The notes under the pieces are model-generated. The model was not told the DNA's origin and ran no database searches. It saw only the letters and a list, made by a program, of their open reading frames with translations. The translations under genes and the position numbers were made by a program. 62,388 nt of DNA from the NCBI GenBank assembly GCA_963625535.1, contig CAVFUK010000091.1, forward strand, positions 1 to 62,388, read 5' to 3'. This stretch comes from Anaerovoracaceae bacterium. GTDB lineage: Bacteria; Bacteroidota; Bacteroidia; Bacteroidales; Bacteroidaceae. This document shows positions 29,244-39,899 of this stretch, piece by piece; the stretch's first letter is position 1; every line of letters starts with the position of its first letter.

Positions 29244-31655
29244 ATGAGAAACATAAGACTAAAGAAGACTATTGTTTTATGGTGCCTCATGCTCGGCATA
29301 AGCACCATGGCGCTAGCGGCGGCGCGAGCTTCTACCCTGCCGAGGAAATCATTGTTCGACACCGCGTGGAAGTTCCAGCTGGGCGACAACACCGCGGCAA
29401 GCCAACCCACGTTCGACGACTCGCAGTGGCGCGACGTGACCCTGCCCCACGACTGGAGCATCGAGCAGCAGATAGACCGCAACGCCCCCGCAGGCAACGA
29501 CGGAGGCTACTACCCCACCGGCATCGGATGGTACCGCAAGACCTTCACCGCGCCATCGGCACTGCAAGGCGAGAAGGTATTCCTCTATTTCGAAGGCGTT
29601 TACATGAGCTCCTCCGTCTACCTGAACGGAAAATCCATCGGCGGACACGCCTATGGCTACACCTCTTTCTATTGTGACGCCACCGAGGCCATCGTTCCCG
29701 GGGCGGAGAACATCATCGCAGTGAGGGTCGACAACTCCAAGCAGAAGAACTGTCGCTGGTACAGCGGCTCGGGCATCTACCGCCACGTGTGGCTCATACA
29801 CACCCCCATGGTGCACATCGGCAACTGGGGAGTGGCCATCCACACGTCGGACGTGACGGAGCAGCAGGCTACCGTGAGCATCAAGACCACCCTGAAGAAC
29901 GAGTCCGACAAGGCGAAGACGGTGAGCCTGACAACCCACATCGACGGGACCAAGGACGCCGTCACCGAGATAGAGTTGCCAGCCAACAGCGAGCAGCAAG
30001 TGTCGCAGCAGGTGTGCGTGAAGCAACCCAAGCTGTGGGACATCGACTCGCCCAACCTCTACGAGGCACAACTGCAGATTAAAGAGGGCCAGCAGGTGAT
30101 AGACACCTACACACAGTCCTTCGGCATACGCACCATCAGCATCACGACGAAGGGATTCTTCCTGAACGGAAGGAAAGTGGAGCTCTCTGGCGGATGTCTC
30201 CATCACGACAACGGCATCCTGGGTGCGGCGGCCTACGACCGGGCTGAATACCGGAAGGCGAAGATGATGAAGGAGGCCGGGTTCGATGCCGTCAGGACCT
30301 CGCACAACGCCGCCTCGGAAGCCTTCCTACGGGCCTGCGACGAGCTGGGCCTGCTGGTGATGGAAGACTGCTTCGACGGATGGCGGGAGCCCAAGAACAC
30401 ACACGACTACTCCACCCTGTTCGACGCCAACTGGAAGACCGACGTACAGAGCATGGTGCTGCGTGACCTCAACCACCCCGCCATCATGGCATGGAATATA
30501 GGTAATGAAGTGATAGAGCGTAAAAAGATTGAGATTATCACCACCGCCCGCAAGCTGCGCGCCGCCGTCCGCGAGCACGACGACCGCCCCATAACCTCCG
30601 CCCTGGCGGCTTGGGACAGAGACTGGGAAATCTACGACCCACTGGCCGAGCAGCTGGACGTCACCGGCTACAACTACATGATACACAAAGAGGCCGGCGA
30701 CCACCAACGCGTGCCCTCGAGAGTGATGTGGCAGACCGAGTCGTACCCGAAGGACACGTACCGCAACTGGACACTGGTACACGACAAGGACTACATCATT
30801 TGTGACTTCGTGTGGACGGCCATCGACTACTTGGGCGAATCGGGCATCGGACGCTGGTGGTACCAGGATGAGACTCCCGGCGAGCACTACCAACGCGACC
30901 TGTTCCCCTGCCATGCCTCCTATTGTGGCGACATCGACCTCACGGGTTGGCGTAAACCGATAGGCCACTACCGCAACCTCTTGTACAATGACACGGAGAA
31001 GCTCTACCTCGCCGTGAAAGAGCCCAATGACTACTATGGCAACATAACCACCGGACTGTGGGCGGTATGGCCCACCTGGGAGAGCTGGAACTGGCCGGGC
31101 CACGAGGGCAAGGACATCGATGTGGAGGTATACTCGAGATACCCGATGGTCCGCCTCTATCTGAACGACCAACTGATAGGCGAAAAGGCTGTCAGCCGCG
31201 AGACCGAGATGAAGGCAGTGTTCACCTTACCCTACCAGGAAGGGTGTCTGAAAGTTGAAGGTGTGGAGGCCGGTGTGGTGAAGGAGACCAGGACCCTGGA
31301 ATCTGCCTCGGAGCCCTACGCCATACGCACCACGGTAGAGAACCGCCAGATGAAAGCCAACGGCCAAGACCTGTCGTTCGTGCAGGTGGAGATTGTGGAC
31401 AGACAAGGGCGAGTGTGCCCCAACGCCACCGTAGAGCTACAGACCACCGTACGCGGGCAAGGCACCCTGGCCGCCATGGGCAACGCCGACATCAAGGACT
31501 GCGACTCCTACGTGGACGCTACGCACAAGACCTGGAAAGGAAGAGCGCTGATAGTGGTCCGCAGCACAGGCAAGCCGGGCAAGGCCACGCTCACCGTGAA
31601 GTCGAACGGACTGAAGAGCTCATCAGAAACAATAAAGAGTAGTATTAACCTATAA
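29244..31655 (+). CDS. Glycoside hydrolase family 2 (beta-galactosidase-like, DUF4982 type)
   Basis: LPHDWSI, GIGWYRK, FEGVY, RWYSGSGIYRHVWL, GCLHHDNG, RTSHN, WNIGNE, DYLGESG. Confidence 0.93.
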   Translation: MRNIRLKKTIVLWCLMLGISTMALAAARASTLPRKSLFDTAWKFQLGDNTAASQPTFDDSQWRDVTLPHDWSIEQQIDRNAPAGNDGGYYPTGIGWYRKTFTAPSALQGEKVFLYFEGVYMSSSVYLNGKSIGGHAYGYTSFYCDATEAIVPGAENIIAVRVDNSKQKNCRWYSGSGIYRHVWLIHTPMVHIGNWGVAIHTSDVTEQQATVSIKTTLKNESDKAKTVSLTTHIDGTKDAVTEIELPANSEQQVSQQVCVKQPKLWDIDSPNLYEAQLQIKEGQQVIDTYTQSFGIRTISITTKGFFLNGRKVELSGGCLHHDNGILGAAAYDRAEYRKAKMMKEAGFDAVRTSHNAASEAFLRACDELGLLVMEDCFDGWREPKNTHDYSTLFDANWKTDVQSMVLRDLNHPAIMAWNIGNEVIERKKIEIITTARKLRAAVREHDDRPITSALAAWDRDWEIYDPLAEQLDVTGYNYMIHKEAGDHQRVPSRVMWQTESYPKDTYRNWTLVHDKDYIICDFVWTAIDYLGESGIGRWWYQDETPGEHYQRDLFPCHASYCGDIDLTGWRKPIGHYRNLLYNDTEKLYLAVKEPNDYYGNITTGLWAVWPTWESWNWPGHEGKDIDVEVYSRYPMVRLYLNDQLIGEKAVSRETEMKAVFTLPYQEGCLKVEGVEAGVVKETRTLESASEPYAIRTTVENRQMKANGQDLSFVQVEIVDRQGRVCPNATVELQTTVRGQGTLAAMGNADIKDCDSYVDATHKTWKGRALIVVRSTGKPGKATLTVKSNGLKSSSETIKSSINL

Positions 31656-31666
31656 ATATGTATATT

Positions 31667-34600
31667 ATGAAACGAAACAGAATCTATCTATTCTTGCTGG
31701 CATCCGCATTGTCCGCATCGATGCTGGCACAAAACAAGAATGTACAAGGTAGGATTGTTGATGCCAGGACCAATGAGCCTCTGATAGGGGTCACTGTCGT
31801 TGAGACAGGGACCACCAGAGGCTCTGTCACCGACGCCGACGGAAACTTCACTCTGTCCGTAGGTCCAAACGCTAAACTGACCGTCTCCTATGTCGGCTAC
31901 AAGAACCTACAGGTGGCCGTGAAGGGACAAAAGAATCTCGTCTTGGCCCTGGAGGAGAACACCGAGTTGCTCGACGAGGTGGTAGTAGTGGGATACGGCG
32001 TGCAGAAGAAGGCTACCCTCTCTGGAGCCGTGACCAGTGTGAAGGGCGACGAGATTGCGAAAAGCCCCGTCACCAATGTCAGCAACAACCTGGCGGGACG
32101 ACTGCCGGGCGTGGTTGCCATCTCCAACACGGCTGAGCCTGGCTACGACGGTGCTACCATCCGCATACGTGGTGTCAACACCTTCGGAAACGCCGAGCCA
32201 CTCATCGTGGTGGACGGAGTGCCTGGACGTTCGCTGGAGCGCATCGACCCGAACACCATCGAATCGATGTCCGTCATGAAGGACGCCTCAGCAGCCATCT
32301 ATGGTGCACAGGCAGCCAACGGTGTCATCATCATCACCACCAAACGCGGTTCGCAAGGGAAGCCGAGTGTGGACTTCTCGCTGAACTACGGACTAGCCCG
32401 ACCCACCACGATACCCGAGATGTGTAACGCGGCGGAGTATGCCACACTGCTCAACGAGATAGACACCTACGCAGGCACCACTCCACGCTACACAGCCGAG
32501 GAGATACAGAAGTACGCCGACGGCTCAGACCCTTGGTCGTATCCCAACACCGACTGGTTCAAGGAGACGCTGAAGGACTGGTCGCCACAGACCAACGCCA
32601 ACGTGTCCGTGTCCGGAGGAACGGAGCGGACGAAATACTTCATCAGCATGTCGGCCAAGACGCAGGACGGATTCTACCGCCACAGCGGAACCAAATATAA
32701 CCAGTATGACTTGCGCTCTAACCTCGACATCAACCTCGCCAAGGGCGTGGACCTGACCGTCAATCTGTCCGGCCGTATGGAGGACCGCAAGTACCCGACC
32801 CGCTCCTCGGAGAACATCTTCAGAATGCTGATGCGCTCGAAACCCAACATGCCCGCCTACTGGCCCAATGGAATGGCAGGCCCCGACATTGAGTTCGGCG
32901 ACAACCCGGTGGTAATCTGTACCGACCAGACCGGATACGAGAAGGATAGACGATTCGTGCTGAACGGCGACTTTGGCCTGAACATACAGATTCCTCACGT
33001 CGAAGGACTCTCCCTGAAGCTGGGCGCTTCGTTCGACAAGACCTTCCGTTTCCGCAAGATATGGCAGACACCCTGGTACCTCTACTCGTGGGACGGCACC
33101 TCTTACGACGATAACAACCAGCCCGTGCTGCAGAAGGGTAAGAAGGGATACGACGATGCCCGACTGAAACAATCCACCGAGAACAACTACGACATGCAGC
33201 TGAGCGCCATCCTCAACTACGGCAGAACCTTCGCCGAGGACCACGACGTGAACGTGACAGCCGGCGTGGAGCGCATCACTGGCCGCGATGAGTCTATGGA
33301 GGCATACCGCAGATACTACCTCTCCACAGCCATCGACGAGCTCTTCGCTGGCGGACAGGACGAGATGAACAACTCCGGCTCCAGCTCCAAGGAGGCTCGA
33401 CTGAACTACTTCGGCCGCGTCAACTATGCCTACAAGGCCAAATACCTGGCCGAGTTCGTATGGCGCTATCAAGGATCGTACATCTTCGACAAGTCCAACC
33501 ACTTCGGCTTCTTCCCTGGTGTATCCTTGGGCTACGTCATCTCCGAAGAGAACTACTTCAAGAAAGCACTGCCGTTTGTCCACTTCGCCAAGGTGCGCGC
33601 CTCGTGGGGACAGACAGGTAACGACCTCATTGACGCATACCAGTACCTTGCGTCCTACTCATTCAACTCACTGATGTACATCAACAACTCCGGATCTACC
33701 TACAACCAAGCCCTACAGGAGAATGTTGTGCCTAACAAGAATGTGTCCTGGGAAACAGCCACACAGGAAAACATCGGTGTTGACTTGCAGTTCTTCGGCG
33801 GCGACCTGATGTTTACCATCGACTACTTCCGCAACACCCGAAAAGACATCCTCTGGGCAAGGAACGCATCTGTTCCCAACACCTCGGGAATGTCTCTGCC
33901 TGACGAGAACCTGGGTAAGGTACGCAACCAAGGCGTTGACTTCGACCTCAACTACCATCATCGGTTTGGCGAGGTGATGTTCAACGCCGGCGTCAATGGA
34001 GTCTATGCCAAGAACAAGATTCTGTTCTGGGACGAGGCACCTGGAGCCCCCGACTACCAGAAGTCGACCGGCATGCCTATCGGTGCGTCGCTCGTCTACA
34101 AAGCCATCGGCATCTACCAGACACAGGAGGAGATTGACAACGACCCCGCACACTGGGCAGGCGCACGACCGGGCGACATCATCTTCGAGGACGTGAACGG
34201 CGACAACGTGTTGGACGGCAACGACCGCATCCGCTACGACAAGACCTCGGTACCGACGTTCACCTACGGTATCAACCTGAGTGCACAGTGGAGGAACTTC
34301 GACCTCACCGCCCTCTTCCAAGGAGCCATGGGTGGCGTGTTCTTCCAGTCCACTGAGTCGGGCGACTTCGGCAACTTCCTCAAGAGCTTCTACGACAACC
34401 GCTGGACAGAAGAGAACCCGAGCACCACTTACCCGAGAACCTATAACCGCTCCAACGAGTACTGGGTGAACCAGGACAACACATTCTGGATACACAGCAG
34501 CGACTATATCCGCTTGAAGAACATCGAGCTGGGTTACACCCTGCCGACATCGTTGACACAGAAGGTGAAGATAAACAAACTGCGCCTCTACGTCAACGCA

Positions 34601-34720
34601 TACAATCTGTTCACTTATGCCCCGGACATGAAAGACTATGACCCGGAAAACACAAGCGGACGAGGCTACAACTACCCGCTTAGCAAGATTATCAACTTCG
34701 GATTATCATTATCATTCTAA
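31667..34720 (+). CDS. SusC/RagA TonB-dependent transporter
   Basis: LDEVVVVGYG, KDASAAIYGAQAANGVIIITTKRG, VSWET, YIRLKNIELGY, C-terminal F. Confidence 0.97.
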   Translation: MKRNRIYLFLLASALSASMLAQNKNVQGRIVDARTNEPLIGVTVVETGTTRGSVTDADGNFTLSVGPNAKLTVSYVGYKNLQVAVKGQKNLVLALEENTELLDEVVVVGYGVQKKATLSGAVTSVKGDEIAKSPVTNVSNNLAGRLPGVVAISNTAEPGYDGATIRIRGVNTFGNAEPLIVVDGVPGRSLERIDPNTIESMSVMKDASAAIYGAQAANGVIIITTKRGSQGKPSVDFSLNYGLARPTTIPEMCNAAEYATLLNEIDTYAGTTPRYTAEEIQKYADGSDPWSYPNTDWFKETLKDWSPQTNANVSVSGGTERTKYFISMSAKTQDGFYRHSGTKYNQYDLRSNLDINLAKGVDLTVNLSGRMEDRKYPTRSSENIFRMLMRSKPNMPAYWPNGMAGPDIEFGDNPVVICTDQTGYEKDRRFVLNGDFGLNIQIPHVEGLSLKLGASFDKTFRFRKIWQTPWYLYSWDGTSYDDNNQPVLQKGKKGYDDARLKQSTENNYDMQLSAILNYGRTFAEDHDVNVTAGVERITGRDESMEAYRRYYLSTAIDELFAGGQDEMNNSGSSSKEARLNYFGRVNYAYKAKYLAEFVWRYQGSYIFDKSNHFGFFPGVSLGYVISEENYFKKALPFVHFAKVRASWGQTGNDLIDAYQYLASYSFNSLMYINNSGSTYNQALQENVVPNKNVSWETATQENIGVDLQFFGGDLMFTIDYFRNTRKDILWARNASVPNTSGMSLPDENLGKVRNQGVDFDLNYHHRFGEVMFNAGVNGVYAKNKILFWDEAPGAPDYQKSTGMPIGASLVYKAIGIYQTQEEIDNDPAHWAGARPGDIIFEDVNGDNVLDGNDRIRYDKTSVPTFTYGINLSAQWRNFDLTALFQGAMGGVFFQSTESGDFGNFLKSFYDNRWTEENPSTTYPRTYNRSNEYWVNQDNTFWIHSSDYIRLKNIELGYTLPTSLTQKVKINKLRLYVNAYNLFTYAPDMKDYDPENTSGRGYNYPLSKIINFGLSLSF

Positions 34721-34741
34721 CCTTTTCTAAGAACACTGAAT

Positions 34742-36520
34742 ATGAAAAAGATAATATTTTTGGTTGCACTCATCACAGCGGGGCTGACCTCGTGCAGTGA
34801 TGATTTCCTGAACATCACGCCCAAGGACAGGTATTCTGACGCTACCGTGTGGCAAGACAACTCGCTGGCCACAGCGTATGTCAACAACATCTACGAGGGA
34901 CAGTACTACGGCCTCCATACCGTAATGTTCTCCGCCATCGACGACCAGGCCATGGAGGTGTGGTCGTGGGAGTCTCAGCCAGTAGTCAACAACGGCATCA
35001 GCCCCAGCTACGTAGGCATTCTGGCTCCGGACTTCTGGATACGGGCTTTCAAGAAAGCCAGTTGGAACAGTCTCTATAAGTATATCCGCTACTGTAACCT
35101 CTTCTTCCAACGAGTGGAGGAGAACGGCCTCGAAGGAAGCGACATCGACCTGCTGAAGGGAGAGGTACACTACCTGAGAGCCTACTTCTACTCGTGGCTG
35201 ATGAGCTTCTATGGCGGTGTGCCTATCATCACTACCGCCTATGAGGCCGAGGACGACATGCTGGTGCCCCGAAACACTTTAGCCGAGACGGTGGACTTCA
35301 TCGTGTCGGAACTGGAAGAGGCGGAGGCAGTGCTCCCCGTCAGCACCGACAAGGCAAAGGCCAGCAAGGGCGCGGCAATGGCTCTGAAGTCCAGAGTGCT
35401 GCTCTACGCGGCTAGCGACCTATTCAACTCTCACGCCACATGGGTGTCGAGCTACAGCAACCCCGAACTGGTGAGCTACACCGACGACAACCGCACCCAG
35501 CGTTGGCAGAAGGCCAAGGAGGCTGCCAAGGCAGTGATTGACCTGGGCGCTTACCAACTGGTGGGTGAAGGCGGTTTCGCCACGACCGACGAGGCCATCA
35601 GCAATTATGAGAACCTCTTCATCAACCACGGCACCACGGAGGACATCATGCTCACCTACTACGACAATGTGAACCACGACAGAAGCAACTTCGAATGCCC
35701 CAGCTTCGGCAAGTTCAACAGTCCGAACGGTTACCATGGTTGGGGTGGCAACGTGCCTACCCAACAGATGGTGGACTCCTACGAGATGGCGGACGGAACC
35801 TCCTTCTCATGGGATAACCCCGAGCAGGCCAAAAGCCCGTATGTGAACAGAGACCCCCGCTTCTACGCCACCGTGCTGTACGATGGAGCACACTGGAAGC
35901 AGCGCCCCGACGACGTGATTGGCTCCGACCCCGACGGAATCATCCAGACGGGATACTACGAACAGGCAGACGGATCCTATACCCCCGGACTCGACACCCG
36001 CAACAGCCCCATCGACGACTGGAACGGAACCTACACCGGCTACTACATGCACAAGGGTGTGGACCCTGCCATGGACCAGCAGTATGAGTACCAAAACTAT
36101 CCGTACCGCCAGATACGCTATGCCGAGATTCTGCTCAACTATGCGGAATGCTGCATCGAGCTGGGCGACGACACCGAGGCACGCAAGTACATCAATCTGA
36201 TAAGGAAACGGGCGAACATGCCGGAGCTCGACAACTCGGTGAGCGGCGACAACCTGCGTCAGCGCTACAGAAACGAGCGCAACATCGAGCTTGCCTACGA
36301 GCAAAACAGATTCTTCGACATCCGCCGTTGGATGATAGCTCCACAAGTGATCAAGAACGCGCAGGGCATCGACATCCGTTACCCCTACGGAAGCACCACC
36401 CCGACCTACTCCATCAAGGATGTGCAGACTCGCTCGTGGGACAACAAGAACTATCTGCTCCCCATCCTGCTGGATGAGATGCAGAAGAACGATAAGCTGA
36501 TACAGAACCCCGGATACTAA
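34742..36520 (+). CDS. RagB/SusD family lipoprotein
   Basis: Lipobox LTSC, YGGVPII, RDPRFYAT, IRYAEILLNYAE, ERNIELAYE, QNPGY. Confidence 0.96.
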   Translation: MKKIIFLVALITAGLTSCSDDFLNITPKDRYSDATVWQDNSLATAYVNNIYEGQYYGLHTVMFSAIDDQAMEVWSWESQPVVNNGISPSYVGILAPDFWIRAFKKASWNSLYKYIRYCNLFFQRVEENGLEGSDIDLLKGEVHYLRAYFYSWLMSFYGGVPIITTAYEAEDDMLVPRNTLAETVDFIVSELEEAEAVLPVSTDKAKASKGAAMALKSRVLLYAASDLFNSHATWVSSYSNPELVSYTDDNRTQRWQKAKEAAKAVIDLGAYQLVGEGGFATTDEAISNYENLFINHGTTEDIMLTYYDNVNHDRSNFECPSFGKFNSPNGYHGWGGNVPTQQMVDSYEMADGTSFSWDNPEQAKSPYVNRDPRFYATVLYDGAHWKQRPDDVIGSDPDGIIQTGYYEQADGSYTPGLDTRNSPIDDWNGTYTGYYMHKGVDPAMDQQYEYQNYPYRQIRYAEILLNYAECCIELGDDTEARKYINLIRKRANMPELDNSVSGDNLRQRYRNERNIELAYEQNRFFDIRRWMIAPQVIKNAQGIDIRYPYGSTTPTYSIKDVQTRSWDNKNYLLPILLDEMQKNDKLIQNPGY

Positions 36521-36575
36521 ACCGGGTTCCGCACCGCTGATAGGAGGGCAGGCTAGCAGGGATTACACACCCCGG

Positions 36576-39491
36576 CTAGTCTGCCTTTTCTTCTTCCAAG
36601 GAGGATTGGTAGGCCGATGGGGTCTGACCCATTTCCTCCTTGAAGCATTTCGTAAAGTACTTGGGACTGGAGAAGCCCAGCGAATAAGCGATTTCCGATA
36701 TGGTCAGCTCCCGCTTCTCCAACATCTCGCAGGCTTTCTTCATCTTCACGTTGTGTATGAAGTCAAGTGGCGACATTCCCGAGACAGTCTTAATCTTACG
36801 ATACAAGGTGGAGCGGGACAGAAGCAGGTCCTGCGCCAGTTGTTCCTGCCCATACTCGGTGTCGTCGATATGCTCCTCGAGCAAGGTTATCACCTTCTTG
36901 ATGAATTGCATGTCGGCCGGGGATGCCTCCGGGGTTTCCTTGGCACGCTCCTGTCCGGAGGTCTCCTCCATCAGCCTCTCCACACGGCCCTGGTTGTGGT
37001 AGTGGTGCAACGCGGACATATTAGCCCGTTTGTGAATCAACACCACCGTATAGTACAATGCCAAAAGAATCAGGAGGGCATATATCACGAAGGCTATGTT
37101 CGACTCGTAGAACGCCGGGCGACGCACCAGAAGCAGGATGTCCTCCCCCTCACTCCAACTGCCGTCGGCCTTCTGCGAGCGTACGAGGAAATGGTATTTT
37201 CCCCTCGGCAGATGACTGTAGAACGCGGCATAGCTTTTACTATCCAGGTCGCTCCACTCCTCATCGTAGCCATCCAACTTATATTGTATCTGTTCCCTTG
37301 CGCCCAACGAATAGAGCAGCGAGGAGAGTCGGACCTCGATGTTGCGGCAGGACGACGGGAGGTAGACCTCACGGGCGTGGCTCTCCTTGTCGGGGGTGTC
37401 GAACATGAAGCTTGTACCGTTGGAAAGGACGTCCGACACGGTGAACTTAGTGGCTGTGGAATCCGCCTGTCCGTTCCGCTCCGGATTGATGTACACCACC
37501 CCTTGATGGCCTCCGGCAAACACCCCACCACTGTCGGTGGCACACAGGGCCGATGAGCGGAATGCCTTCACCACAATGTTGTCGCTGTTGGCTTCGTACA
37601 CCACCTCCTTATGGCTGTGGATGTTGAAGCTGACCAACTTCTTACTGGTCATGAGCCATACCCTATCCCCATTGGCCAGCAGGGAGAGCGCCACGCCATC
37701 GGAACTCTGAGCGTTGTCGACGTTCCGATACTGCTGTTTGTCGGAGTCGCTGCACACCAGCCGGCTCAGTGAGGTTGCCATCCACAGGGCACCTTGCTTG
37801 TCGATGCAGAGTTGTTGCACCTTCTCGCCCTCCATAAGCAGCCCCACGCTGCCGAAGCGTTCGGCCTCGATGCTCTGCCCGTTGTAGGTCAACCGGTACA
37901 GGTCGTTGTCCTTCATTGCCCACGGCTGGCCCTGGGTATCCATAGCGATGGCGTCGGGACAGATGACCTCCCGCCCTGCCGCAAGCACCGACCTGGACCC
38001 GTTCTTGTGGAGGAAGATGTTATTCTCCGTCAGTATCCAAAGGTTCCGCTGCTCGTCTTCCTTGATGCATCGCACATTCCCCGAGTTGGAGAAGGACTCT
38101 TTCAGATTATACTTTTCCTCGACGTACAGGCCTTGTGCGGACGAACAGAGCTTGGCGACACGGGCACTCGATCTGGTACTCACCCACGCTCCGTCGCCCT
38201 TGGAGAGCTCTATTTGGGATATCTCGCCCAGTTGTAGGTTGTCCACCCGCTGCATCGTGCCGTCCTGCAGATTGTATATCACGAGGCCATAGCGGTCTTG
38301 ACTTACCCACAGGCGGTCATTGCCCACATAGGCAAGGCTCAGGATGTTGGCATCGTGATGTAACGTGCGTCGGATATCCTCCATAGGGAAGTTCACCAGT
38401 CCGGATTTGTCGAAGTAGATGGTATAGCCCATGTCATACGACCCCAGCCAAAGGTTACCCTCGCGGTCCTTGGTGATTTTGGTGAACATCTTGCGAGGGT
38501 CAATGTATTGGGAGATGTCGACGGGGGTCAGGTTGCCATCGTCGCACCGGAAGGCATGTAACTCATTGTACGATAGCATCCACAGGTATCCGAAGGTGTC
38601 ATCCTGCACCATGCTATAGAAGATGTTGTCCTCCGTATCGCTCCCGTAGAGGTTTATGGGCTGGTGTTCATAGCAATGGGTAGAGTCGTTGGGATTGAAC
38701 TTCCAGAAGCCTTCTCCCCATGTGCCAATCCAATAGTGCCCGTGGCTGTCCTGCAACATGGAATAGGGAGTGGCCCCACCGGGCATGTCCGAATATCGGA
38801 GGAAAGCGTCGCTCTCTTTGTCGTAAACGAAAAGTCCCCTCCAAGTGCACGCCCAGACGCGCCCTTGTCGGTCGATGTAAATTTGGTTTATGCCCGTGTC
38901 GGGGGCTCCCTTCTGCAGTTCGAACCCGCTGATGACCTCTCCATCGGGAGACAGGCGGTAGACATGGTTGCCCAGACCGGCCCACACCTCACCCGTGGCG
39001 GGGTCGGACTTGATGTCGTTGACCACGTGTCCCGCTATCCGGCTGTCCTCTATCTGGGAGGTTTTCCAGCTGTTCTTGTCATATAGTGTGATGCCCGAGT
39101 TGGTACCTACCCACAGATAGTTCGCATTGTCGGTTATGTAAGTGACGATGTTGTTCCCCAGCTTTTGTGGATGGTTATAGTCGGAGCGGAACGTCCGTAG
39201 GTAGTGGCCGTCGTACCGGGCCAGTGCTGAAGTCATGCCAAACCAGAGGTATCCGGTCCGGTCTTGATAGATGTCGAAGACTTCGTTGGAGTAGAGCTGA
39301 TAGTAGAACGGGAACGGACGAGCGACGATGGTCTGTCCGCGAACATGGTTTCCCAAGAGGGAGAGTAGCAGGAGCAATATCAAGTGGGCAAGGTAGCAGG
39401 AGCGTCCGCGGTGCACTCGGCACGCCGTGTCGCATACCTGTTCAGTCCTCTTCTGAAGTCGTAAAGTCAATCTTTCTTCATCTATATCCAT
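36576..39491 (-). CDS. Transmembrane AraC regulator: Reg_prop propeller + Y_Y_Y + TM + AraC HTH, no kinase or receiver
   Basis: QDRTGYLWFG-type propeller repeats, QYKLDGYDEEW...LPRGKYHFLVRS, one TM, then LSRSTLYRKIK...ISEIAYSLGFSSPKYFTKCFK; -7 box at 39617-39624. Confidence 0.9.
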   Translation of the reverse strand: MDIDEERLTLRLQKRTEQVCDTACRVHRGRSCYLAHLILLLLLSLLGNHVRGQTIVARPFPFYYQLYSNEVFDIYQDRTGYLWFGMTSALARYDGHYLRTFRSDYNHPQKLGNNIVTYITDNANYLWVGTNSGITLYDKNSWKTSQIEDSRIAGHVVNDIKSDPATGEVWAGLGNHVYRLSPDGEVISGFELQKGAPDTGINQIYIDRQGRVWACTWRGLFVYDKESDAFLRYSDMPGGATPYSMLQDSHGHYWIGTWGEGFWKFNPNDSTHCYEHQPINLYGSDTEDNIFYSMVQDDTFGYLWMLSYNELHAFRCDDGNLTPVDISQYIDPRKMFTKITKDREGNLWLGSYDMGYTIYFDKSGLVNFPMEDIRRTLHHDANILSLAYVGNDRLWVSQDRYGLVIYNLQDGTMQRVDNLQLGEISQIELSKGDGAWVSTRSSARVAKLCSSAQGLYVEEKYNLKESFSNSGNVRCIKEDEQRNLWILTENNIFLHKNGSRSVLAAGREVICPDAIAMDTQGQPWAMKDNDLYRLTYNGQSIEAERFGSVGLLMEGEKVQQLCIDKQGALWMATSLSRLVCSDSDKQQYRNVDNAQSSDGVALSLLANGDRVWLMTSKKLVSFNIHSHKEVVYEANSDNIVVKAFRSSALCATDSGGVFAGGHQGVVYINPERNGQADSTATKFTVSDVLSNGTSFMFDTPDKESHAREVYLPSSCRNIEVRLSSLLYSLGAREQIQYKLDGYDEEWSDLDSKSYAAFYSHLPRGKYHFLVRSQKADGSWSEGEDILLLVRRPAFYESNIAFVIYALLILLALYYTVVLIHKRANMSALHHYHNQGRVERLMEETSGQERAKETPEASPADMQFIKKVITLLEEHIDDTEYGQEQLAQDLLLSRSTLYRKIKTVSGMSPLDFIHNVKMKKACEMLEKRELTISEIAYSLGFSSPKYFTKCFKEEMGQTPSAYQSSLEEEKAD

Positions 39492-39899
39492 TGCCAAGTT
39501 TAGATTTACCGGGTTTCACCACTAATACCGACGCCAGTGTCTACACTAGCGCCGTGCAGCCGAACATACGTCTTTCCGTTCCGTAAAGCCGTACGTCCGT
39601 GTGCCTTTCACGCTTGCAAATATAACCAATTTCCCTTGATAAATGATTAACTTTGCATCATGATAAAGTTGGGAAAGCGGCATTTTAACCCCATAAAGTG
39701 ATTGGAAAAGTGACGTTTTAAGGCTTCAAAATGGTTGAAAAAAGTACTTGATTACACTCAATGGGAAGATATACAGCTACTTACGTTCGTTCTTCCAAAA
39801 TGGGATCAGCCAAGACAAAGTATTTCTACGGGAACTGCGTCAGATACACTGGTAGAAAAGGGTTTGTTCGTCCTTTTGCAAGTCCTTCGTGTAAATGAT

